A stretch of DNA of 32,000 nucleotides from Telmatocola sphagniphila (GTDB taxonomy: Bacteria; Planctomycetota; Planctomycetia; Gemmatales; Gemmataceae). Positions within the stretch are counted from its first letter, which is position 1. Each line of letters starts with the position of its first letter. Positions 9,469 through 18,847 of the stretch are shown here, in pieces. Location of the stretch: contig NZ_CP074694.1 of the NCBI RefSeq assembly GCF_018398935.1, positions 1,740,001 through 1,772,000 of the forward strand, read 5' to 3'. The position numbers and the translations under genes are program-made. The notes beneath the pieces are model-generated. The model was given only the letters and a program-made list of their open reading frames with translations. It did not search any database and had not been told where the DNA came from.

Positions 9469-11634
9469 TCACTGGTCGATGCATTCCACCTTGTAGACTT
9501 CGAAGTGATGCTTGCGGGTCGAGAAGCAATCGATCCGAATCTTCTTTTCGCCCGGCGGAATCAACCAGTCCTGTTCCAGTGTGGTCAACTGCTCAGTGAT
9601 GGGGAATTTCGGGTCGGTTTGGCCATCCACCAGAGTGATAGTCGCTTCTTTTTCCGGAGTTTCCATCTCGGGATCTTTCTCCGTTCGCGATTTCAATCTC
9701 ACTTCGATTCTCAGGCGTATTTTGCGTTCGACTTCGGTCGGATTCACCAGCCGTAATTCGGTGCCAGAGTCGCAGAATCGGCCGATGCCTTCCAACCCTT
9801 CGAATTCAATTCCCGCTCCTTTGCCCCAGAGGCCCAGCACCGGGTAACGCTCCTGACGATGCACTTTTTCCCACTCCTCAGGATCCAGGGAAGCAATCCG
9901 CCGCGCTTGCAGATTGCTTAAAGTAAAGTAACTCATCCGCTCGTCGGGCGAAACGATCGGCTGCGTTTTCAGCTTCTGGCTTAAAAGCCGTTCCATCTCG
10001 ACGGCGTTATCCTTGTAGGCTTCCCGAAATACCATCACCCCGGCACAATCGGCATCGGCCAGGGCAATCAAGCGCTCTTCGACGGGCTTGGATTCCATGC
10101 GTTTAGCCCAGGCATCGCCATAACGACCGCGGGGTGCCCCGAAGGACCAGTGCAAGGTTCGCGAGTGCAATTGCGGCCGGAAGAGATCGGTCCATTTGAA
10201 CAGAATCCCCTGCGGCTCCCCTTCCGCTTCCGGATAAGGCCGAAACGGAAGCTGATAGACAATTTTCCCCGGTTCAATGTCGCGTTCGACGTTGGCCGTG
10301 AATTCTTTGTCGCTGGTGTATCGACGTTTGAGATTTTCAAAATGCGGCATCAATCGGGGGGTCGTCTGATCGGCCACGCCGAGAACGGTCAGCAGAGCGA
10401 TGAGGAGACCAACCAGAGTTTTTTGAACGGTCGTCGTGGCCCGCTGAGTCAACAGGTAATTCAAGAATAGAGCAACGCTGGCTAAGGCGAATAAACCAAT
10501 GAAGACGCTGATACGGTTATAGCCGCGTATCCAGGGACTGACGAAGAAGGCAAAGAAGGAGCCAAAGGCCCCGACGGTGCCCAGAAGAAAGCCTCCCACC
10601 GCGAGTAGAGCTAGTGCATCGAGAAGGCGATTTTCCGACTCGCCGACTGGCCGGCGAGCCAAGAGCAGAAAACGCAGGAGCAGGTAGCTGAAGCCCACCG
10701 CCCCGATTAAGCCGAGGGTGGCAGTTTGATTTTCGGTATTGATCGGCGTACGCGAAGAGTAATGTTCTTTGAACTTCTCAAAGAGCGGCAAGCGGTGACC
10801 CGTGACGGGAACCAGCAGTTGCATCATCTTCAGGCCGAGTGTTTCGGACTCCGCAGGGAGGCGATAAACCGCATCCGGATTAAAGGGAGATTTACGCTTG
10901 TGTTGAATGGCCGGGAATAAGGCAACCAGCAGCGTGGTGAATATTACGGCGATGCAGGCTATGGACTTCAGGAGTGGCTTCCATTGGCGATCCAGAAGAG
11001 ATCGGGATAGGCCGCACAGCAGCAGAAAATAACAGCTGAAAAAGGCGAAGTAGATGCCGGAGAGGCCCAGAATCAGGCCGATGATCAACGTTCCAATCTT
11101 CGACAGTGGGCGACCTTGATAGAGGCGTATCGCCGGCAGAATTCCCAGTGGTATCGGCCAATAGGACACTAGAAAGAAATGCCCCATCCTCATGAAGTGA
11201 AAAGGCAGGCAGGTGAACAGCAAACTGCTCATCAATGCGGGTAAAAAACGCAGGCCGAGTTGTCGTAAAACGAAGAGTGTCGTCCAAGAAGTAAGCACGC
11301 ATCCCAGAAGATAGTAAATATTGAAGACCAGCGCCGGATCGGGAAAAGCTTTCGCTAGCGGCCAGAGAATTGCATAGTGCAAAATATCCGCTGAGGGAAA
11401 TTCGTTGAGATCCATCCCGTCCGGGGCGCCGAAGCGTTCGTTGTAGCGATACCAGCCGGTTTCAATCATGGTTTCGATCCATAATTGATGTTGGATGGCA
11501 TCCCCTTCATAGCTGAAAGGAACGTGCGGATCGGCCTGCCAAAGCTTCATCGGAATTCCCACGGCCAGAAGGCTGAGAATACCGGCGAGCGTATACTCAA
11601 ATACGGTTTTACGAAGCGAAGGTGTCTCTTCCAT
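9469..11634 (-). CDS. Large polytopic membrane protein with a C-terminal soluble domain, possibly a GT-C-type glycosyltransferase
   Basis: 721-aa ORF with an ATG start. About 12 hydrophobic segments occupy the first ~400 aa, followed by a ~300-aa hydrophilic domain. The function call is architecture-based only. Confidence 0.6.
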   Translation of the reverse strand: MEETPSLRKTVFEYTLAGILSLLAVGIPMKLWQADPHVPFSYEGDAIQHQLWIETMIETGWYRYNERFGAPDGMDLNEFPSADILHYAILWPLAKAFPDPALVFNIYYLLGCVLTSWTTLFVLRQLGLRFLPALMSSLLFTCLPFHFMRMGHFFLVSYWPIPLGILPAIRLYQGRPLSKIGTLIIGLILGLSGIYFAFFSCYFLLLCGLSRSLLDRQWKPLLKSIACIAVIFTTLLVALFPAIQHKRKSPFNPDAVYRLPAESETLGLKMMQLLVPVTGHRLPLFEKFKEHYSSRTPINTENQTATLGLIGAVGFSYLLLRFLLLARRPVGESENRLLDALALLAVGGFLLGTVGAFGSFFAFFVSPWIRGYNRISVFIGLFALASVALFLNYLLTQRATTTVQKTLVGLLIALLTVLGVADQTTPRLMPHFENLKRRYTSDKEFTANVERDIEPGKIVYQLPFRPYPEAEGEPQGILFKWTDLFRPQLHSRTLHWSFGAPRGRYGDAWAKRMESKPVEERLIALADADCAGVMVFREAYKDNAVEMERLLSQKLKTQPIVSPDERMSYFTLSNLQARRIASLDPEEWEKVHRQERYPVLGLWGKGAGIEFEGLEGIGRFCDSGTELRLVNPTEVERKIRLRIEVRLKSRTEKDPEMETPEKEATITLVDGQTDPKFPITEQLTTLEQDWLIPPGEKKIRIDCFSTRKHHFEVYKVECIDQ

Positions 11635-11700
11635 GATGCACTCGTTTTAGTCCCGGAAAGATAGTAATCAAATGCCAGGAAAAATGTAATCAGGGAATTT

Positions 11701-12675
11701 TCAAACGATCACTTCAATGGCCCGGATTCGACGGTGCAAATAAAAACAGCAGACGAGAGTCACCGCGGCAAGCACGAGCGCCGCTTCGTGGTATTGCGGC
11801 TGCATCTGCCAGGAAGGTCTCAAATTTTTCGGAGGGCTGCCGAATGACCAGTGTCCCAGCAAATAGAGATCGTTCCAGAGATCAAAGAGCCGCCAGCGTT
11901 CCGAAAGTTTCAAGCCGTCGACGAACCAGGAAGCCAGCGCCTTGCCGAGAATAAATAAGGTCGTCCAGATCATCACCAGCGGCACGGTTTTGCGAAGCCA
12001 GGAGGCCAGCGCCAGCAAGAGCGAGCCGAGGACGATAGTAATTGCCCCACCGTAGATCAGAATCCCCAGAAGTAGACGCCAGGCGGTGAAGTAGTATTCC
12101 CAGGACTCGATGAAACCGTACTCGATATAGAGAGCCAAGGCCGGTAAAGTAGTCATCAAATTGATCAAGATCGCAATCGCCAGCGCTTTGCCGAGAATGT
12201 AGTGCCAACGGTGGATCGGCTTGGAAAGATAGAACGGCAGCGACCCATGAAGAAAGTCGTTGCCCACGCATATCGAGCCGGTGAAGGCCATGATGACCAG
12301 CACAATGTAACCTTCGAACCAGATCAGATTGGCGTAAGTATCTGCTGTTCCATTCAACTGAAGGCCATCTCGAAGGCTCTTCATGATGATTTCGGGATTC
12401 ACCTGCCTTTGAAACAGGCCTCCCACTCTAATCGTACCGTCGGTTATCTTCTGCTCGATGAACACCTGCAGATACTGGCCGAAGAAGTAAAACAAAAACG
12501 TCAGTGTGGCCAAGCCGAACAACCACCAGAATAATTTTCTGCGAAAGATGATGGTGAGAGAGCCGCGAGCAATCGCCCAGACGCCCGTGAGAGGACCTCG
12601 AAAAGTGCCGCGCCAGGGCCGATAGCGCAATAGGCCGGCCCCCTGCTGCCCGTGAGATTGAGCGGGCGCGTTCAT
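11701..12675 (-). CDS. ABC-2-type transporter permease
   Basis: 324 aa with about 6-7 hydrophobic helices. Its ATG overlaps the stop of the upstream ABC ATPase by 4 nt (ATGA at 12672-12675). Confidence 0.7.
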   Translation of the reverse strand: MNAPAQSHGQQGAGLLRYRPWRGTFRGPLTGVWAIARGSLTIIFRRKLFWWLFGLATLTFLFYFFGQYLQVFIEQKITDGTIRVGGLFQRQVNPEIIMKSLRDGLQLNGTADTYANLIWFEGYIVLVIMAFTGSICVGNDFLHGSLPFYLSKPIHRWHYILGKALAIAILINLMTTLPALALYIEYGFIESWEYYFTAWRLLLGILIYGGAITIVLGSLLLALASWLRKTVPLVMIWTTLFILGKALASWFVDGLKLSERWRLFDLWNDLYLLGHWSFGSPPKNLRPSWQMQPQYHEAALVLAAVTLVCCFYLHRRIRAIEVIV

Positions 12676-13640
12676 ACTTTTCCTCCAGCTAACAGATTCT
12701 CAGTCTCGGCCCCTTCCACGGATCGCAGGAACAATTCCTCGAGCGTTTCATCGTCGGGAATTATGCCGCGCAGAACCACCTGGGATTTACGAGCCAGCTC
12801 AAAGCCCTGTTGGGGGGCCCAATCGCGGGAAACCTGAATTCGAACTTCCCCTTTGATCGTCTCATCGAGAACTTCGACGCCCTGATCGCGCAAGAAACCG
12901 GCGAATTTTTCGCGATCTCCCTGAATTTGCAACCGATATCGGTCCTGTCTTCGCGAGCAGAGTTCTTCCACCGTCCCCTGCCCCCGAATTTGACCGTTAA
13001 TGAGCAGCACGACCTGATCGCAGACGGTTTCCACATCGGCGAGCAGATGAGTCGAAACGATAATCGATTTTCCGAAATCTCGTCCGATTTCCAGCATCAG
13101 TCTCAGCATCGCATCGCGGCCGGCAGGGTCGAGACCGCTGGTCGGTTCGTCCAGGAGCAGCACCGGTGGATCGTGGATCAATGCCTGGGCGAGCTTGATT
13201 CGCTGTTTCATACCGGTCGAGTATTCTTCCAGCTTGCGATAGCGGGCGTCTTCCATTTCCAGATAAGTCAGTATTTCATGGGCTCGGCGTTGAGCTTGCC
13301 GGCGGGGCATGCCGCACAATTCCCCGGCGAGTGTGACATATTCCACGCCTTTTAAGCCTGGCACAAGCGAATCGGCTTCTGACATGAAGCCGATCAATCG
13401 GCGAAGCTCCATATTTCCCTGGATATTGTTCCCGGCGCGAAGCGGGATTCCTAAAACTGTGCCGCTTCCCAAGGAAGGAGAGAGAAGCCCCATGAGGATT
13501 TTTAAAAGAGTCGATTTACCAGCCCCGTTGGGACCTAAAAGACCGATCCGACCCGGCTGCAATTCCAGCGTGATTCCCTTCAGAGCGTGATAGACCCCGA
13601 AGTGACGTTGAATCGAGTTGAGACTGATGAAATCGCTCAT
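12672..13640 (-). CDS. ABC transporter ATP-binding protein
   Basis: Walker A is GLLGPNGAGKST, the signature is YSTGMKQRIKLAQAL, Walker B is LLLDEPTSGLD, and the H-loop is VSTHLL. Confidence 0.9.
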   Translation of the reverse strand: MSDFISLNSIQRHFGVYHALKGITLELQPGRIGLLGPNGAGKSTLLKILMGLLSPSLGSGTVLGIPLRAGNNIQGNMELRRLIGFMSEADSLVPGLKGVEYVTLAGELCGMPRRQAQRRAHEILTYLEMEDARYRKLEEYSTGMKQRIKLAQALIHDPPVLLLDEPTSGLDPAGRDAMLRLMLEIGRDFGKSIIVSTHLLADVETVCDQVVLLINGQIRGQGTVEELCSRRQDRYRLQIQGDREKFAGFLRDQGVEVLDETIKGEVRIQVSRDWAPQQGFELARKSQVVLRGIIPDDETLEELFLRSVEGAETENLLAGGKV

Positions 13641-13646
13641 GGGCCC

Positions 13647-14837
13647 TTAGGTCGTGTAATCGGCGTTTAATCGAACGTACTCATCGGTCAGATCGCAGGT
13701 GTAGAAAGTGCATTTCCCCTCACCGAGCGTGAAAGTGAGCTTTAGGTGCACTGTTCGGTTATCGCGAAGATAGGCCGAGGCGATCTTGGCATCGAAGGGT
13801 AAAGGCCGTCCGCGTTCGTAAAGCAACGTTGGCCCCATCGTCAGGGAGAGATCCTTTTCCTCGAATATTACCCCGGAATAACCGGCCGCCGAAACCACCC
13901 TACCCCAATTGGGATCTGCCCCGAAAATGGCGGTCTTTACCAGAGCGCTATCGGCGATGGTCTTGGCAACCGTTTTCGCCTCGGCATCCGTGCGCGTTCC
14001 CACAACGTCAATGATCACCAGATGCTTCGCCCCTTCGGCATCGGAAGCGATCCCGCGCGATAATTCGGAGCAGACTTCCTGAACGGCCATGGCGAACTGC
14101 TGCAAGCGTTCACCACTCAGCGGTTCGCCTCGACCATTCGCCAGTATCAGGACGGTATCGTTGGTGGAGGTATGCCCTTCCACGCTGATGCAGTTAAATG
14201 TGTGCTCCACGGAATTTCGCAGAATCATTTGCAGATCCTTGGGATCGACGCTGGCATCGGTCATCACGAACCCGAGCATCGTGGCCATGTTGGGGCCAAT
14301 CATGGCGGCCCCTTTGGCGAATCCGGTGATGCAAATGCGATCTTGCCCCAGCATCAATTTCCGAGTCGCCACCTTGATTACCGTATCTGTAGTCAGAATG
14401 GCATGGGCCGCATCGTTCAAGCCCGCTTTATCTGCGGAAAGTCTATCCACAGCCGAAGGTATACCAGCTTCCATAATCGCCATCGGCAATGGTCGGCCGA
14501 TTACGCCGGTGGAGCAGACCAGGAATTGATCCGGCTGGCAACCGAGTTTGTTCGCGGCAAGTTCGGTCATACGGCGAGCATCGGCCATGCCCTGATCCCC
14601 GGTGCAGGCGTTTGCATTGCCGGAGCATATGACGATACCGTGAATTTTCGAAGAAGGAACCCGTTCGCGGCAGATATGCACGGGCGCGGCGGCCACGCGA
14701 TTCTGAGTGAAAACGCCCGCGGCGGCCGCGGGGCTTTTCGAATAGATAACGGCCAAATCCCGACGATTTGGTTCGTTACGTAGCTTACTGACTATCCCGG
14801 AGTAACTGAAACCTTGGGCCAGTTGCCATTCTTCCAT
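13647..14837 (-). CDS. argJ: Bifunctional glutamate N-acetyltransferase / amino-acid acetyltransferase
   Basis: GFAKGAAMIGPNMATMLGFVMTDA contains the ArgJ autoprocessing ATML site. The C-terminal ...YVRLNADYTT ending and the 396-aa length are typical. Confidence 0.9.
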   Translation of the reverse strand: MEEWQLAQGFSYSGIVSKLRNEPNRRDLAVIYSKSPAAAAGVFTQNRVAAAPVHICRERVPSSKIHGIVICSGNANACTGDQGMADARRMTELAANKLGCQPDQFLVCSTGVIGRPLPMAIMEAGIPSAVDRLSADKAGLNDAAHAILTTDTVIKVATRKLMLGQDRICITGFAKGAAMIGPNMATMLGFVMTDASVDPKDLQMILRNSVEHTFNCISVEGHTSTNDTVLILANGRGEPLSGERLQQFAMAVQEVCSELSRGIASDAEGAKHLVIIDVVGTRTDAEAKTVAKTIADSALVKTAIFGADPNWGRVVSAAGYSGVIFEEKDLSLTMGPTLLYERGRPLPFDAKIASAYLRDNRTVHLKLTFTLGEGKCTFYTCDLTDEYVRLNADYTT

Positions 14838-14927
14838 TCTGTAATTTCTCGCAGGTCGGACAAATTCGCCCGACAGAATCCTTTACACCACGAGTCGCAC
14901 GACCCGACCTACGGAAAACGATATGAC

Positions 14928-17387
14928 TCAGCGCTTCAGCGAATAGAGGAGCGCGGCAGAAGCGATTTTTAAGGCACTGTCGAAATCGTGTCCCATGCAG
15001 GCACTCGACTTGTGTTTTTCCAACGCGCAACCGATGTCATACTTACTGTAAATCACCACCCAGCGGCCGTTGATTTTTATCCCTTCCAGGAATGGCGGCA
15101 TCGTTTCAAATTCGGCATTCGGCGAGCCATCCGGCTTTTCGGTTCGGCAGCGGACCGATTCGATCTTCGCGCCGTTGAGGGATTCGCTGAAGAGGAAATC
15201 TTCCGTGGAAATTCTCTGCAAGCGCTCGTTGGGGAAAACTTTGGCTATGAATTCACGAAAAGCGGTATCGAATTCCTTCTTCCCGCAACACGCATCCGCA
15301 AAGAGTACACCACCGGTGGTGAGAGCGCCGCGAACATTCCGCAATTCCTCATCATCGTAGGTGAATTTCTTTCTTCCGTGCATGTACAGGAAGCGATGGT
15401 CGAAAATCGCGTCGCTGTTCATGCGCACTTCGTCTTTTCGGAGGCTGATATCCAGCTTGGCGGAATCACGCAGATACGCGGCCAGTTGTCGCATGGCTTG
15501 AGGGGCGGGCTGCCAGTCGCCATCGTGCCGCAGTTGACCGATCTGCAGCGAATCGCGGGGAATGACTTTATCGTCCTTCACATCCAGAATCTTCTTGCGC
15601 GTCAAACGAGGTTGCGGAGCTTCCAAACCGGTAGCGTAGGCGATGATGTTACCCGCCAGCTGATAGGCCATGTTGCCTCGTTCTAGGCCGACGGCGTTTT
15701 TGGCTTCCGCGGCATTGGCCGGATCGTATTTGCTTTCTTCCCAATAGCCCGCGAGCGGGGCCGGGCTGAACATTACGATGGTCTTGCAGCCGCGTTCAAT
15801 GCCTTCGAGTGGTGGATCGAAGTAGTTCGGTTTCACGACCTTGTGTGCCGTCCAGACCGGGTGATCGGCCCGCAAAGGCATCAAGGGGCTGTCCGGGTAG
15901 ATCTTGGCCATCAGTTCGTGGAATCCATTGGTGAATTCTTTGGAACCGCAGCAGGCATGGCCGAAAACGAACCCCCCTTCCTCGATGTAGCGTTTTAATA
16001 TTTCGATCTGTTTATCGGTCAATTCCGGCTTTTTGTGCCCTGTGATGTAGAGAATCGGCGATTGCACCAGCGCGGAGAGCTCTTGATCGAAGACTTCTTT
16101 ATCTGGGAGATTGGTTTTCCGGCAATCAAAAGTTTGCCAAGCCAGCGGAATATTTTTGAAAAGTTCCCGACTGGAGTATTCAACGAGGTGCCGCGAATCA
16201 CTGCGTTTGTTGTTCCAGGAGTTTTCATCGCCGTTGCGGGCGTTGAAAGCGAGTTTCGAAATCAAGATGGGCGTGCGGCCCTTGGACAGAAACAACAGTG
16301 CGAAACTCGTACTTAGCACCTTGCTCCCATCGACCCCGCCCGAAGGAGAGCCCCAGGAACCATCGGGTCGCTGGGCGAAATCGACGAACATCGGATTCTG
16401 TCCCACCAGTATCTCGCACCCTTCACGATACCAGTCGTGATCTCCGATGAAGCGCTGACCCGATAACCGGCCCACCCGTTCGAGACCGTAGATGTTGTAG
16501 AAGCTATGCATTCCGGAACGAAAGCTGAAGTGGCCGTTAACGCTCATCCAGCGTAGTCCTCGGGCAATCGCTTCACTTTCGTCGTAGACGCCGCAATTCT
16601 TGGCAATCCCGGTTTTGGGGTCGAAATCCTGTTTGCTGACATCCAGCTGTTCCCCAGCGATGATTAACCCGGAAATCCCGGCCGGGGTCATGGTCTGTCG
16701 ATTATCGTGCCCCTTCTCTCTCGTGTAGTAAGTCCAGAAGCCCTGATCGACTCCTTCTTGGCGCTGAGCCTGTTCGTAAAATTCCTTGATCTCATCCCAG
16801 ACTTTGGGTTCGATGGTGACGCCCGCTTTTTTGGCCGCATAGAGCCCGAGCATGGCGTACTGAGTATTGGAGCCGTCTCCTTGAGACAGGGAATTGTTCC
16901 CGTAGCTCCACCCATCAAGCTTGCCGTTGACACGGACTCGGTAGGCTAAAAGTTTCTTGACATTTTCCTGCATCAGGTCCAGATCCCTGGGATCTTTCAA
17001 TTCCGCCAGGGCCATCGTTTGAAGTGCGATGACATAAGTGGAAGTGCTTCGCAGGGATCGGAGATAATCGACGGAACGCTGGATGACCGGATCTTTCGGG
17101 TCAACCCCGGCGGTGAGCAACGCCAGCATGGTCAGCGTGGTGAAACCTCCCTGAAATGCGAGGGATAACTCATTGTTTTCCCAGTTCCAGGTTTTATTGC
17201 CTCGATCAGACTGGGCTTTTTTGAGAAACAGGATACCGCGATCTATGGCATCGCGGACTTTATCCGCGAGAGGTTCTTCCACTTTTTTGGCTTGTGCGGC
17301 GGCTCGCCCCGCCCCGGTGAGGAGCAAGGTGGTCGTCAGCAGGGCTGCAACGAGTTTTCGACCCGGCATTAATCGGAATTTGAGCAT
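14928..17387 (-). CDS. Secreted fusion protein: prenyltransferase/squalene-oxidase-like alpha-toroid repeats plus two DUF4159-like domains
   Basis: The ORF track start at 17423 is a TTG. I prefer the ATG at 17387 (MLKFRLMPGRKLVAALLTTTLLLTGAGRAAAQA, a signal peptide), which has GGAGG about 11 nt upstream. The N-terminal half has repeats of the type GWSY...SNTQYAMLGL. The C-terminal half has two copies of a [H/D]ACCG[S/K]KEF...F.E[L/F].AK[I/V][Y/F]P module. Confidence 0.75.
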   Translation of the reverse strand: MLKFRLMPGRKLVAALLTTTLLLTGAGRAAAQAKKVEEPLADKVRDAIDRGILFLKKAQSDRGNKTWNWENNELSLAFQGGFTTLTMLALLTAGVDPKDPVIQRSVDYLRSLRSTSTYVIALQTMALAELKDPRDLDLMQENVKKLLAYRVRVNGKLDGWSYGNNSLSQGDGSNTQYAMLGLYAAKKAGVTIEPKVWDEIKEFYEQAQRQEGVDQGFWTYYTREKGHDNRQTMTPAGISGLIIAGEQLDVSKQDFDPKTGIAKNCGVYDESEAIARGLRWMSVNGHFSFRSGMHSFYNIYGLERVGRLSGQRFIGDHDWYREGCEILVGQNPMFVDFAQRPDGSWGSPSGGVDGSKVLSTSFALLFLSKGRTPILISKLAFNARNGDENSWNNKRSDSRHLVEYSSRELFKNIPLAWQTFDCRKTNLPDKEVFDQELSALVQSPILYITGHKKPELTDKQIEILKRYIEEGGFVFGHACCGSKEFTNGFHELMAKIYPDSPLMPLRADHPVWTAHKVVKPNYFDPPLEGIERGCKTIVMFSPAPLAGYWEESKYDPANAAEAKNAVGLERGNMAYQLAGNIIAYATGLEAPQPRLTRKKILDVKDDKVIPRDSLQIGQLRHDGDWQPAPQAMRQLAAYLRDSAKLDISLRKDEVRMNSDAIFDHRFLYMHGRKKFTYDDEELRNVRGALTTGGVLFADACCGKKEFDTAFREFIAKVFPNERLQRISTEDFLFSESLNGAKIESVRCRTEKPDGSPNAEFETMPPFLEGIKINGRWVVIYSKYDIGCALEKHKSSACMGHDFDSALKIASAALLYSLKR

Positions 17388-17543
17388 AATTCCCTGCCTC
17401 CAGCAAAGACTTGGTGTTTCCAACAGGTTCCTTCGTTATTGTCCGCTTCAAATTTGAAACGTACAAACCGATTTCAATTTTTATTATTAAAAAGCAAAAA
17501 TAATCGTTCGCTCGAAACCCCGAGTAACCCTCGACGTATGCTG

Positions 17544-18815
17544 TTACTTCCCGACGGTCATTCGATATGGCTTCCAGTAATCCCCCTGGATCGCATCAGG
17601 CGTCTCGTGAATCAGCAGTAGAAATGCCAGCGAAATCAACAACTGGCTCAAAGCGATCAGCACTAAGAACCATCGACCGGGTCCGAAACGCAAGCCCACG
17701 TAACCGAGACTGACGTACATCAAAGGAAAAGTGAGCAGCATATAGTGGCGATGCACGGGCAGAAGACTCAAGGTGAATATCAGCCCGAAGCCGAGGGCCC
17801 CGGCCAAGATCGTAAAACGCGTCGGGGATGCGGGATCGCGAAGCAGGGAACCTAAATCTTTTCGAAGCGAATACACTTTATTCCCCCCCTTCCAAACAAA
17901 ATATCCCATAGCTAACCCAAGAAAAACATGCAGTGCTCCGATGAGATATGTCGGAAACCCGGCCACCCTCGGTCCTGCAAGAAATCTCGGGAAGTCTTTA
18001 TCCAGGGAGTAGCTCAGGCTGAAACCAAAAGCTTCGGATATCCAGCGCGTCCAGAATTTGAATTCGAAAGCGTTTCCTGGTTTCCGCTGACTAATCGGAT
18101 TGATGGCCATCGTTTCAAAAGCGTATCGCAACCAGGGAACCAGTAAAAGCAGGCCGATGCTGCTGCCAATGACCCAGTAAAGCCAGCGTGCCGAGTTTCT
18201 CTGAAACAAAAATACCCATAGAGCGAAGCCCAAGGACACAAACATCCCGGCCGGATGAATCTGTGCAAGTAATAATCCGCTCAATCCCCAGCAGAAGGCG
18301 CCAATCCGGCTCGAACGATACCAAAATGCCATGGTGAAGAGCATCACGAAGAGTGGAGCGATCGACGGGGGCCAGATTTTTCTCTGGAGTACCACAGCGA
18401 GGGGATTCACTGCAGCGAAAACGCTTCCCCAGAGCCAGTATTCTCGCTCCGGTCTCGGTACGCAAAATAGGCCAAAGATTGCGACCAGGAGTACAGCCGC
18501 ACAATTCGTGAGTTGACAGGCCCGGGCCAACTCCAACGGTGTACGAGTCTGAAAGAGCCAGGCGAGTGCCTCAAAAATGTAGACGGTACCACTGGGATGG
18601 CGAAGATCGTAACTGGTGGGCATGCCAAGCCAGGGATGCGGATCGTTAGGATCGGTGGCCAAAGTCCTATGGAAGGTCCAGGCTTCGTCTCCCTTATACT
18701 CGATGTCCTCAACCCAGACCAAACGAAGAAAGACGCCCGCACAAAGAGCGAACACCAAGCCGAGAATGGCCCAAGCGCTAAGACGTCCCTGCAAACTCTG
18801 TCGTGGTAAATCCAT
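17544..18815 (-). CDS. Polytopic membrane protein, GT-C/ArnT-like glycosyltransferase candidate
   Basis: 423 aa with an ATG start and about 10-11 hydrophobic helices. An early loop carries a D/E-containing motif (VEDIEYKGDEAW), like the first-loop acidic motif of GT-C enzymes. The function is inferred from architecture. Confidence 0.55.
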   Translation of the reverse strand: MDLPRQSLQGRLSAWAILGLVFALCAGVFLRLVWVEDIEYKGDEAWTFHRTLATDPNDPHPWLGMPTSYDLRHPSGTVYIFEALAWLFQTRTPLELARACQLTNCAAVLLVAIFGLFCVPRPEREYWLWGSVFAAVNPLAVVLQRKIWPPSIAPLFVMLFTMAFWYRSSRIGAFCWGLSGLLLAQIHPAGMFVSLGFALWVFLFQRNSARWLYWVIGSSIGLLLLVPWLRYAFETMAINPISQRKPGNAFEFKFWTRWISEAFGFSLSYSLDKDFPRFLAGPRVAGFPTYLIGALHVFLGLAMGYFVWKGGNKVYSLRKDLGSLLRDPASPTRFTILAGALGFGLIFTLSLLPVHRHYMLLTFPLMYVSLGYVGLRFGPGRWFLVLIALSQLLISLAFLLLIHETPDAIQGDYWKPYRMTVGK

Positions 18816-18847
18816 TCAGAAACGGTATGGGATTGGCATCGGCGCGG

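Noticed and set aside
14785-15030. The 81-aa minus-strand ORF bridging the argJ upstream region and the 3' end of the DUF4159-fusion gene.
   Set aside because: It overlaps the end of the 831-aa ORF in another frame, and it has no motifs or RBS.
17447-17520. A 12-bp palindrome, ttcaaatttgaa, and an adjacent A/T-rich block (tttttattattaaaaagcaaaaataat) between two minus-strand genes.
   Set aside because: It is probably just an AT-rich promoter/UP-like spacer for the DUF4159-fusion gene. A/T-only pairing is not convincing as a structured element.
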